Shown here in pieces: positions 8,660 to 15,482 of a stretch of DNA of 32,000 nucleotides (within the stretch, counting starts at the first letter, position 1; every line of letters begins with the position of its first letter). Made by a program: the position numbers and the translations under genes. Source of the stretch: Halomicrobium mukohataei DSM 12286. Its GTDB lineage: Archaea; Halobacteriota; Halobacteria; Halobacteriales; Haloarculaceae. The stretch spans positions 2,310,001-2,342,000 of the forward strand of contig NC_013202.1 of assembly GCF_000023965.1 (NCBI RefSeq), given 5' to 3'. The notes beneath the pieces were generated by a model that was given only the letters and a program-made list of their open reading frames with translations, was not told where the DNA came from and did not search any database.

Positions 8660-10218
8660 GCACCGACGAGGATCAGGGCGGCGCGGGCCGGCGCGAGGTC
8701 GCCTATCGCCTCTTTGCCGCCGAGTTCGACGACGCGGACTTCTCGTACTCCGAGAGCGACGAGGAGCGTGCGCCGAACTACGTCGTCACGCCGACGGGCG
8801 CACGCGTGAACAGAGTGTTTCTGGTGGGCGTGCTGACGGAGGTCGAGACGGTCAGCGAGGACTACCTCCGGGCCCGCGTCGTCGACCCCTCGGGTCCCTT
8901 CGTCGTCTACGCCGGCCAGTACCAGCCCGAGGCGCTTGCCTTCCTGGAGAGTGCCGATCCGCCGACGTTCGTGGCGGTCACGGGCAAGGCTCGGACCTAC
9001 CAGCCCGACGACAGCGATCAGGTGTACACCTCCGTCCGGCCCGAGTCGATCAGCGAGGTCGACGCGGCGACGCGGGACCGCTGGGTCGTCCAGACGGCAG
9101 AGCAGACGATCGACCGCGTGGCACGCGCCGCGGAGGGCAAACACGCTGGCCTGACCGGCGAGGACCTGCGGGCGGCGCTCGTCGACCACGGCGTCGACGA
9201 GGGAGTGGCCGCTGGCATTCCGATCGCACTGGAACGCTACGGAACGACCGGCGACTACCTCGCGGCAGTGCGGGACCTCGCGACCGACGCCGCCCGCGTC
9301 GTCGCCGGCCAGCGAGACGAGGTCGAGCCACTGACCGTCCGACCGGGACAGGGCAGCGACGACCAACTCGCGGGGCTCGTCGAGCGACCGATCGAGGTGT
9401 CGACCGACGACGAAGCGGCCGGAACGGTCGCCGAGGAATCGGTCGAAACAGACCGACCGGACGAGACGGCCGACGACCAGCGTGCGGGAACCGCGGAAGC
9501 GACGACGGGCCAGCAGTCGAGCGGTTCGGACGCCCCCTCGATCGACGACGAGTCCGCGGACGAGACGACCGAGAGCGTCGACGACGTGGCCGAGGAAGAA
9601 CCGTCCGGAGCCGGCTCGCCGGACGAGACGGCAGAAGCGTCGCCGGACGAGATCGACACGACGACGGGCGACGAGCCCACCGACGAGTCAGCGTCAGACC
9701 TCGGGACGGCCGCCGATTCGTCTGCGACGGCGGAGGCGGACTCGGTGGACGACGATCTCGGGGAGTTCGACCCCGAGTTCGAACTCGACGAGAGCGAACG
9801 CGAGGAGATCGAGTCCGAGTACGGCACGGAGTTCCAGAGCGGGACCGAGGTCGACGAGCCCGGCGCGGCCGACATCGACACGCCCGATCCGGAGGCGGTC
9901 GACGCCGAGAGCGCCACGGCAGCAGACGCGGAGCCGTCGTCCGCCGCCGATCCGAGCGAGGGCGAAGTCGGGGCCGCCCGAAGCGCCGACTCGCCAGACG
10001 GGGGCGAGGACGACGCGGCCGACGTGGACCTCGAAGACGCGGTGATGGACGTGATGGACGATCTGGACGACGGGGACGGCGCAGCCCGGACGGCGATCGT
10101 CGACGCCGTCGTCGACCGGACCGGCGGCGATCCCAACGCCGTCGAGGACGCCATCCAGGACGCGCTGATGGGCGGGCGCTGCTACGAGCCCGACGACGGC
10201 CTGTTGAAACCGATCTGA
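8656..10218 (+). CDS. rpap1: RPA-associated protein (COG3390-type OB-fold protein) with a long acidic disordered insert (520 aa)
   Basis: ATGA start/stop overlap with rpa1. REVAYRLFAAEFDDADFSYSESDEERAPNYVVTPTGARVNRVFLVGVLTEVE is the conserved Rpap N-terminus. A ~230-aa D/E/S/T/A-rich region follows, then a folded C-terminal module. Confidence 0.85.
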   Translation: MSTDEDQGGAGRREVAYRLFAAEFDDADFSYSESDEERAPNYVVTPTGARVNRVFLVGVLTEVETVSEDYLRARVVDPSGPFVVYAGQYQPEALAFLESADPPTFVAVTGKARTYQPDDSDQVYTSVRPESISEVDAATRDRWVVQTAEQTIDRVARAAEGKHAGLTGEDLRAALVDHGVDEGVAAGIPIALERYGTTGDYLAAVRDLATDAARVVAGQRDEVEPLTVRPGQGSDDQLAGLVERPIEVSTDDEAAGTVAEESVETDRPDETADDQRAGTAEATTGQQSSGSDAPSIDDESADETTESVDDVAEEEPSGAGSPDETAEASPDEIDTTTGDEPTDESASDLGTAADSSATAEADSVDDDLGEFDPEFELDESEREEIESEYGTEFQSGTEVDEPGAADIDTPDPEAVDAESATAADAEPSSAADPSEGEVGAARSADSPDGGEDDAADVDLEDAVMDVMDDLDDGDGAARTAIVDAVVDRTGGDPNAVEDAIQDALMGGRCYEPDDGLLKPI

Positions 10219-10967
10219 TGGGCGTCGAACCGGTTCCAGACAGCCCCGCAGCGGTCGCGACCACCGGCGAGGAGCGCTGTCTCGTCGTCGCGGACTACCA
10301 CGCCGGTATCGAGCGAGGGTTGCGACGCGAGGGCGTCGAACTGGCGAGCGACGCCGACGTGCGGCGGGCCCGACTCCTCGATCTGCTCGCCGAAACCGCT
10401 CCCGATCGACTGGTCGTCCTCGGCGATCTCGCTCATTCGATCGGCGACCCGGCAGGGGCCGAACGCGAGGAGGTGACGGCGCTCCTCGACGCGGTCGAGG
10501 TCCCGGTGACCGTCGTTCGCGGGAACCACGACGGCGGGATCGACGAGCTGTGTGCGGACGCGGCGACGCCGGTGACGGTCACACCCAGCGACGGCGTCAG
10601 GATCGGTTCGGTCGGATTCGCACACGGCCACACCTGGCCCAGTCGGGCAGTGCTCGGGGCCGACGTGATCTGTGTCGGCCACGAACACCCGGTCGTCCGT
10701 CTCGAAGACGAGGTCGGCGGCCGGCGGGTCGAGCGCGCGTGGCTCCGCGGGCGTGTCGACCCCGCGCCGTTCGAGAGCCAGTCCGACGGCGCACTGGGTA
10801 TCGACGCCGACCTCGTCGTGTGCCCGGCGTTCAACGACCGCTCCGGGGGCACGTGGGTCAACGTCGCTGGTCAGGAGTTTCTCTCTCCGTTCCTCCCGGC
10901 GGGACTGGCCGACGGAGAGGCCTACCTCCTCGACGGAACGCGTCTCGGTCGGTACCGATCGATTTGA
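10218..10967 (+). CDS. rpe: Metallophosphoesterase of the RPA operon (249 aa)
   Basis: TGATG overlap (1 nt) with rpap1. Calcineurin-like motifs are present: DYHAG, VLGDLAHS, RGNHD, AHGH, VGHEHP. The 841-aa track ORF 8442..10967 is this gene plus an open junk frame across rpap1. Confidence 0.85.
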   Translation: MGVEPVPDSPAAVATTGEERCLVVADYHAGIERGLRREGVELASDADVRRARLLDLLAETAPDRLVVLGDLAHSIGDPAGAEREEVTALLDAVEVPVTVVRGNHDGGIDELCADAATPVTVTPSDGVRIGSVGFAHGHTWPSRAVLGADVICVGHEHPVVRLEDEVGGRRVERAWLRGRVDPAPFESQSDGALGIDADLVVCPAFNDRSGGTWVNVAGQEFLSPFLPAGLADGEAYLLDGTRLGRYRSI

Positions 10968-11036
10968 GGGCCGTAGTCGGACCATACCGGTCGGTAGTGG
11001 GCGTATAACAACGGGGGTAGCGCCGGGCTGTCAACC

Positions 11037-11192
11037 ATGAGCGCGGTATCGTCTGACCACACGCTGGGGCGCTGTCCGGACTGCGAGACCGAGATCCCGC
11101 TCGGGTTGGTCATCATCGAGTACGAGACCGACGCCGGGCGAGAGTCCTACGCCGAGTGTCCGGGTTGTCGAGAAGTGGTCCACCCGATCTAG
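11037..11192 (+). CDS. Small zinc-finger protein, 51 aa (CPDC...CPGC); not in the supplied ORF track
   Basis: ATG 11037 to TAG 11190-11192 reads MSAVSSDHTLGRCPDCETEIPLGLVIIEYETDAGRESYAECPGCREVVHPI. It has two CPxC knuckles and acidic composition. TATA-like CGTATAAC (11002-11009) lies about 32 nt upstream. Confidence 0.55.
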   Translation: MSAVSSDHTLGRCPDCETEIPLGLVIIEYETDAGRESYAECPGCREVVHPI

Positions 11193-11452
11193 AGCCACGT
11201 CGCGATCGTCGTGAGGACGAACAGCGACGCACCGACCACGACGACCCACAGCAGCGGCCCGCTCTCGGTCGGCGCGCCGGACTCCTCGGGGTTCGAGAAC
11301 CCCGCCAGAGCGGTGAGCAGGACCAGCGCGCCGACGCCACCGGTGATCCAGTCGATCGTCGTGAGACCGGTGGACGCGGCGAGTGCGGTGTCGACGACCG
11401 AGACGACGCCGAACGCCGTCAACGAGACGAGATAGAGGACGCGAGCGTTCAT
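11189..11452 (-). CDS. Small membrane protein, 3 predicted TM helices (87 aa)
   Basis: MNARVLYLVSLTAFGVVSVV...ITGGVGALVLLTALAGF...PLLWVVVVGASLFVLTTIATWL. Its stop overlaps the zinc-finger gene stop in the palindrome CTAG (11189-11192). Confidence 0.55.
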   Translation of the reverse strand: MNARVLYLVSLTAFGVVSVVDTALAASTGLTTIDWITGGVGALVLLTALAGFSNPEESGAPTESGPLLWVVVVGASLFVLTTIATWL

Positions 11453-11634
11453 ACCGTAGTTCGTGCGAGCGCGAACAAATGGCTGGCGTCCCACAGCGCG
11501 AGCGGTCGGAAGCGATTACTGTGTCCCCGACGGCTTTGAGATAGGTAGCCGCCGTATAAATTTCTGGAAGAATTCCGCATATATTCACCCATCCGTTCAC
11601 CAGTATCTCACCGTTGATAATGTCTGGGGAACAC

Positions 11635-11642
11635 CTTTATGG
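11635..11642 (+). promoter_or_regulatory. TATA-like box (CTTTATGG) for the binding-protein/transducer operon
   Basis: Centred about 26 nt upstream of ATG 11665. Two further AT-rich boxes (GTATAAATTT 11554-11563, CATATATT 11578-11585) lie in the same 212-bp AT-rich spacer. Confidence 0.35.
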
Positions 11643-11664
11643 GAAAAATGGATTCTTTTGGACC

Positions 11665-12897
11665 ATGCGTACTAGACGTAACGTACTTAAAACGGCCGTC
11701 GGTACCGCGGCGGTTGGGCTCTCTTCGGGTTGCTTGGGTACTCTCAGCGGCAGTGACCAGACTGTCTCGTTCGGGGCCGTGTATCCTCTCAGTGGACCCC
11801 TCGAACAGGTGGGGACACACGGCAAGCGGGCGACCGAGCAGGCAGTGCGAGACATCAACGCGGCAGGTGGCATCAACGGACAACGGGTCGAACTGACGGC
11901 GATCGACAGCGAGGCGACCGTCGAGACCGCGGTCGAGGGATACCGCGAGTTCGCCGAGAGCGGCGGTATCGGATTCGTCGGCGGACTCGTCAGTGACGTG
12001 TCGATCGCGCTCTCACAGGAAGTCGCCGACGACGAGATCATGGAGGTCAGTCCGGCCAGTACGGCACCGCAACTGACGACGGCCGGGCGGGTCGACGACC
12101 GGAAGTTCTTCGGGCGGACCGTTCCCAGCGACGGGCTTCAGGCGGCGGCGATGGCGAAAGTCGTGGACGACTCGCTGTACATCGGTGCCGACTCCGTCGC
12201 GCTGTTGAGCATCGACAACTCGTTCGGGGCCGGGCTCGCGGAGGCACAGCGGTCGCTGCTCGACGCCGAAATCGTCGCCGACGTGCGCTACGACTCCGCG
12301 GCCGATTCGTTCGACGGGACGCTCGACACCGTCTTCGAGAACGATCCGGACGCGGTGGCGTTTACGAGCGTCTCCGGACAGGAAGGGGGCATCCTCGACG
12401 CGTACAGCCAGCGAGACGAAGACGTTCCGTGGGTGTTCTCCGCCGGTATGTTCGGCGGGGACGTGCCCTCGTACTACGACGGATTCTACAGCGCGTCGCT
12501 GTCGTCGTCGCGAGCGGACGGGTACTTCGATCTGGTTCGCCGACTGTCCGACATCGACGCGCTCGAAGCCTTCGCCGCGAACGGCTACGACGCGATGTTC
12601 CTGATGGCCGCCGCCGCACAGCAGGCCGGCGAGACGACCGGCCCAGCGATCGCGGACACGATCCGGTCGGTTTCGGGCGGCACGGGACACACGGTCTCCG
12701 TCGGTGACTTCGACAAAGTGCGCTCGTTGACGGACGCGGGACGCGAGCTGAACTATCAGGGCGCGTCGGGCGGCGTCGACCTGACCGAGAATCTCGAACC
12801 GCTGAGTTCCTATCTCATCCAGCGGATCGACGGCGGCGTCGCCGAGTCCCTGGAGTTGCTCCAGCGTGGCTTCTTCGAATCGGAGGGGGAACGATGA
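11665..12897 (+). CDS. LivK/LivJ-type (type 1 periplasmic binding fold) branched-chain amino acid binding lipoprotein, BasB-like (410 aa)
   Basis: Tat motif plus lipobox: [64 protein letters not shown] is typical of Leu/Ile/Val-binding proteins. ATG 11665 is preferred over the TTG at 11614. Confidence 0.82.
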   Translation: MRTRRNVLKTAVGTAAVGLSSGCLGTLSGSDQTVSFGAVYPLSGPLEQVGTHGKRATEQAVRDINAAGGINGQRVELTAIDSEATVETAVEGYREFAESGGIGFVGGLVSDVSIALSQEVADDEIMEVSPASTAPQLTTAGRVDDRKFFGRTVPSDGLQAAAMAKVVDDSLYIGADSVALLSIDNSFGAGLAEAQRSLLDAEIVADVRYDSAADSFDGTLDTVFENDPDAVAFTSVSGQEGGILDAYSQRDEDVPWVFSAGMFGGDVPSYYDGFYSASLSSSRADGYFDLVRRLSDIDALEAFAANGYDAMFLMAAAAQQAGETTGPAIADTIRSVSGGTGHTVSVGDFDKVRSLTDAGRELNYQGASGGVDLTENLEPLSSYLIQRIDGGVAESLELLQRGFFESEGER

Positions 12898-15323
12898 GCC
12901 TGGGCACCAAACGGTTCCTCGCTGCGGTCGAGCGATCGCTTCCCGACGTTGTCAGGCGACGCTACGCCGCGAAGTTCGGCGTGTTGCTGTTGGGTGTCGT
13001 CCTCGTCCTCGCGGCCGGGGGCGGACTCGTCATCCTCGAAACCGAGTCGCTCGTCGAGTCCCAGACCGAAGAGCAAATCGTCGGCGTCGCGGAGTCACAG
13101 GCGTCGTCGACCTCGGAGTGGGCGTCAACTAAACAGTCGACAACGTCGTTCCTCGCAGATTCGCTGGCGGACCGAGCCGACGAAACCGCCGCCGACAACC
13201 AGCGCTGGCTCGAACAGAAGCTCATCGGACTGCCAGGCGACGTTCGAGCGCTTCACTACGTCGATACTGCTGACGGATCCGTCGTCGCGAGTACCGACGA
13301 CGACCTCCAGGGCACGTCGCTCGCCGCAGTCGAGGCACCCTGGACAGACAGTAGCGGCGCAGTCGTCACCTCGGGTCCGACCTCGACCTCCCAGCCCTAC
13401 GAGAGCGGGAGCGATTCGGTCATCGCGTTCGTCCAGCAGATCCCCGGAGACGACGGGGTCGTGGTACTCACCGCGTCGCTCGAAGCGCGATCCCACGAGT
13501 TCACGTCGCCGTTCGCGACCGGCGACGTGAAGGTCGTCAGCCAGGACGGTCGAATCATTCTGGACAACCGGAAAGGCTCGCTCCTCGAACAGTACGAGGC
13601 GGCCGACGGCTCGACCGAGACGGCCGTCGAGGCGGCCCTCGGCGGCGAGACCGGATACAGACAGGTCTCGGCCCGGACCGGCATGGACGAGGGACAGTAC
13701 GTCATGGCGTACACGCCGATCACCGGCACGGAGTGGGCGTTGCTCTACCACGTCCCGACCGACCGCGCGTTCGCGCTCCAGTCGGCGGTCTCCGAGAACA
13801 TCGGCCTCCTCCTGGCGCTTGCGGTCGGCGCGCTGTTCGTCGTCGGAGCGACGATCGGCCGGGGAACTGCCCGTTCGCTCGCCCACGTAGCCGAGAGCGC
13901 GGAGGACATCGCTGCGGGTGAGATCAACAGTACGATCCCCGAGACCGACCGCATCGACGAGATGGGGCAGCTGTACGACGCCTTCGCCGCGATGCAGGCG
14001 TACCTGACGACCGCCGCCGACCAGGCGGACGCGATCTCCGAGAAGCGGTTCGACGACCCCGCGCTCGACGAGGAGATCCCCGGCGAGTTCGGTGCGGCAC
14101 TGGAGAAGATGAGCGTCGACATCCAGGAACTGATCGCCAACATCGAGGAGGCCAAAGACGAGGCGGAGTCCGCACAGGCAGAGGCCGAGTCGATGGCGAC
14201 CGCCCTCGAAGCGAAGGCGGAACAGTTCAGCGACGTGATGGACAGTGCCGCGGCCGGCGACCTCACTCAGCGGATGGACACCGACAGCGACTACGACGCG
14301 ATGGTCGACATCGCAGAGAGCTTCAACGAGATGGTCTCGGAGCTCGAACGGACCGTCGTCCGCATCGAGGAGTTCGCCGGGACCGTCGACTCCTCGACGG
14401 AGTCGATCTCCGCGAGCGCACAGGAGGTCAAGTCCGCGAGCGAACAGGTCAGTCGATCCGTCCAGCAGATCGCGGAGGGCGCAGACCGGCAGAACGAGCA
14501 CATCCAGCAGGTCAGCGGCGAGATGACGGACCTCTCGGCGACCGTCGAAGAGATCACGTCCTCGACCGACGAGGTCGCCTCGAAGTCCCAGCGCGCCGCC
14601 GAAACCGGTTCTGAGGGGCGCGAATACGGGCAGCTGGCCGCAGACGAGATCGAAGCGATCGACGAGACGGCGACAGAGGCCGTCGAGCAAGTCGAGTCTC
14701 TCGCCTCGGAGATGGAGCGGATCGGCGAGGTCGTCACGCTGATCGACGACATCGCCGACCAGACGAACATGCTGGCGCTGAACGCCTCTATCGAAGCCAA
14801 CAGAGCCGGCGAGGCCGGCGAAGGGTTCGCCGTCGTGGCCCGCGAGATCAAGGCGCTGGCGGAGGAGACCCAGGACGCGACCAACGACATCGCGTCGCTG
14901 ATCGAGAACATCCAGTCCCGGACGGACAACACCGTCGACGACATCCGCGAGATGGGCGACCGCGTCGACAACGGCAAGGAGACCGTCGAAAACGCCACGG
15001 AAGCCCTCTCGGAGATCGTCACGCAGGTCGAGGACGCCAACTCCGGGATTCAGGCGATCAGTGACGCGACCGACGAACAGGCGGCCTCCATGGAGGAGGT
15101 CGTCTCGATGGCCGAGGAGGTCGGCTCGATCAGCGAAGAGACGTCCTCGCAGTCGGAGAACGTCGCCGCGTCGGCCGAGGAACAGGCCGCGTCGATCTCC
15201 GAAGTCACGAGCAGCATCCAGTCGCTGTCGAGCCAGGCGAGTGACCTGAAGGAACTGGTCAACCAGTTCGACACCGACGCCCGAAACACCACCGGCGAAG
15301 TGTCGGCCGCGTCGGACGACTGA
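12894..15323 (+). CDS. Methyl-accepting chemotaxis transducer (Htr) with extracellular sensor domain, BasT-like (809 aa)
   Basis: ATGA overlap with the binding-protein gene. TM1 ([21 protein letters not shown]), a ~250-aa extracellular domain, TM2 ([20 protein letters not shown]) and HAMP regions are present. The highly conserved signalling hairpin [38 protein letters not shown] is also present. Confidence 0.9.
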   Translation: MSLGTKRFLAAVERSLPDVVRRRYAAKFGVLLLGVVLVLAAGGGLVILETESLVESQTEEQIVGVAESQASSTSEWASTKQSTTSFLADSLADRADETAADNQRWLEQKLIGLPGDVRALHYVDTADGSVVASTDDDLQGTSLAAVEAPWTDSSGAVVTSGPTSTSQPYESGSDSVIAFVQQIPGDDGVVVLTASLEARSHEFTSPFATGDVKVVSQDGRIILDNRKGSLLEQYEAADGSTETAVEAALGGETGYRQVSARTGMDEGQYVMAYTPITGTEWALLYHVPTDRAFALQSAVSENIGLLLALAVGALFVVGATIGRGTARSLAHVAESAEDIAAGEINSTIPETDRIDEMGQLYDAFAAMQAYLTTAADQADAISEKRFDDPALDEEIPGEFGAALEKMSVDIQELIANIEEAKDEAESAQAEAESMATALEAKAEQFSDVMDSAAAGDLTQRMDTDSDYDAMVDIAESFNEMVSELERTVVRIEEFAGTVDSSTESISASAQEVKSASEQVSRSVQQIAEGADRQNEHIQQVSGEMTDLSATVEEITSSTDEVASKSQRAAETGSEGREYGQLAADEIEAIDETATEAVEQVESLASEMERIGEVVTLIDDIADQTNMLALNASIEANRAGEAGEGFAVVAREIKALAEETQDATNDIASLIENIQSRTDNTVDDIREMGDRVDNGKETVENATEALSEIVTQVEDANSGIQAISDATDEQAASMEEVVSMAEEVGSISEETSSQSENVAASAEEQAASISEVTSSIQSLSSQASDLKELVNQFDTDARNTTGEVSAASDD

Positions 15324-15401
15324 TACTGCCGGCTGTAACTGTTTCAAGAGATTCGCGATACGGGGTCGCGACATTCTTCACAGACGTACAGCCGGCAGTA
15401 T
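15323..15401. repeat. MITE-like palindromic element, copy A (79 bp; perfect 15-bp terminal inverted repeats ATACTGCCGGCTGTA / TACAGCCGGCAGTAT)
   Basis: TIRs at 15323-15337 and 15387-15401. There is an internal TCGCGA-N7-TCGCGA stem. A second copy is at 26061-26140. The first base is the A of the transducer TGA stop. Confidence 0.8.
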
Positions 15402-15450
15402 GAGCGGTCCCCGTCCGACTCGGGGCCGTTGCGGACCGGCGCTGTCCGCA

Positions 15451-15458
15451 TCTTTAAC
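15451..15458 (+). promoter_or_regulatory. TATA-like box (TCTTTAAC) for the helicase gene
   Basis: Centred about 28 nt upstream of ATG 15483, between the repeat element and the start codon. Confidence 0.35.
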
Positions 15459-15482
15459 CTCGTCCAGCCGTTAGCAGTGGCG

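Noticed and set aside
8442-10217. N-terminal ~590 codons of the 841-aa plus-strand ORF 8442..10967
   Set aside because: The product is Arg-rich junk (RRGRGR...) in an alternative frame of rpa1/rpap1. Only the part from ATG 10218 (the metallophosphoesterase) looks like a real protein.
9050-10264. 404-aa and 299-aa minus-strand ORFs (plus the 9482..10045 plus-strand ORF) over the acidic tract of rpap1
   Set aside because: The codon bias of the GAC/GAG-rich tract removes stops in the other frames. The products are poly-Arg/Ser/Pro low-complexity sequence.
11611-11625. 15-nt exact repeat CCGTTGATAATGTCT, also present at 31890-31904
   Set aside because: One copy is intergenic and the other lies inside a coding region (RDIINGD). 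One or two chance 15-mer matches are expected in a 32-kb window searched on both strands, and there is no extended similarity around either copy.
13125-15374. 749-aa ORF antisense to the transducer gene
   Set aside because: This is the same high-GC artefact. The sense strand encodes an unmistakable MCP signalling domain.
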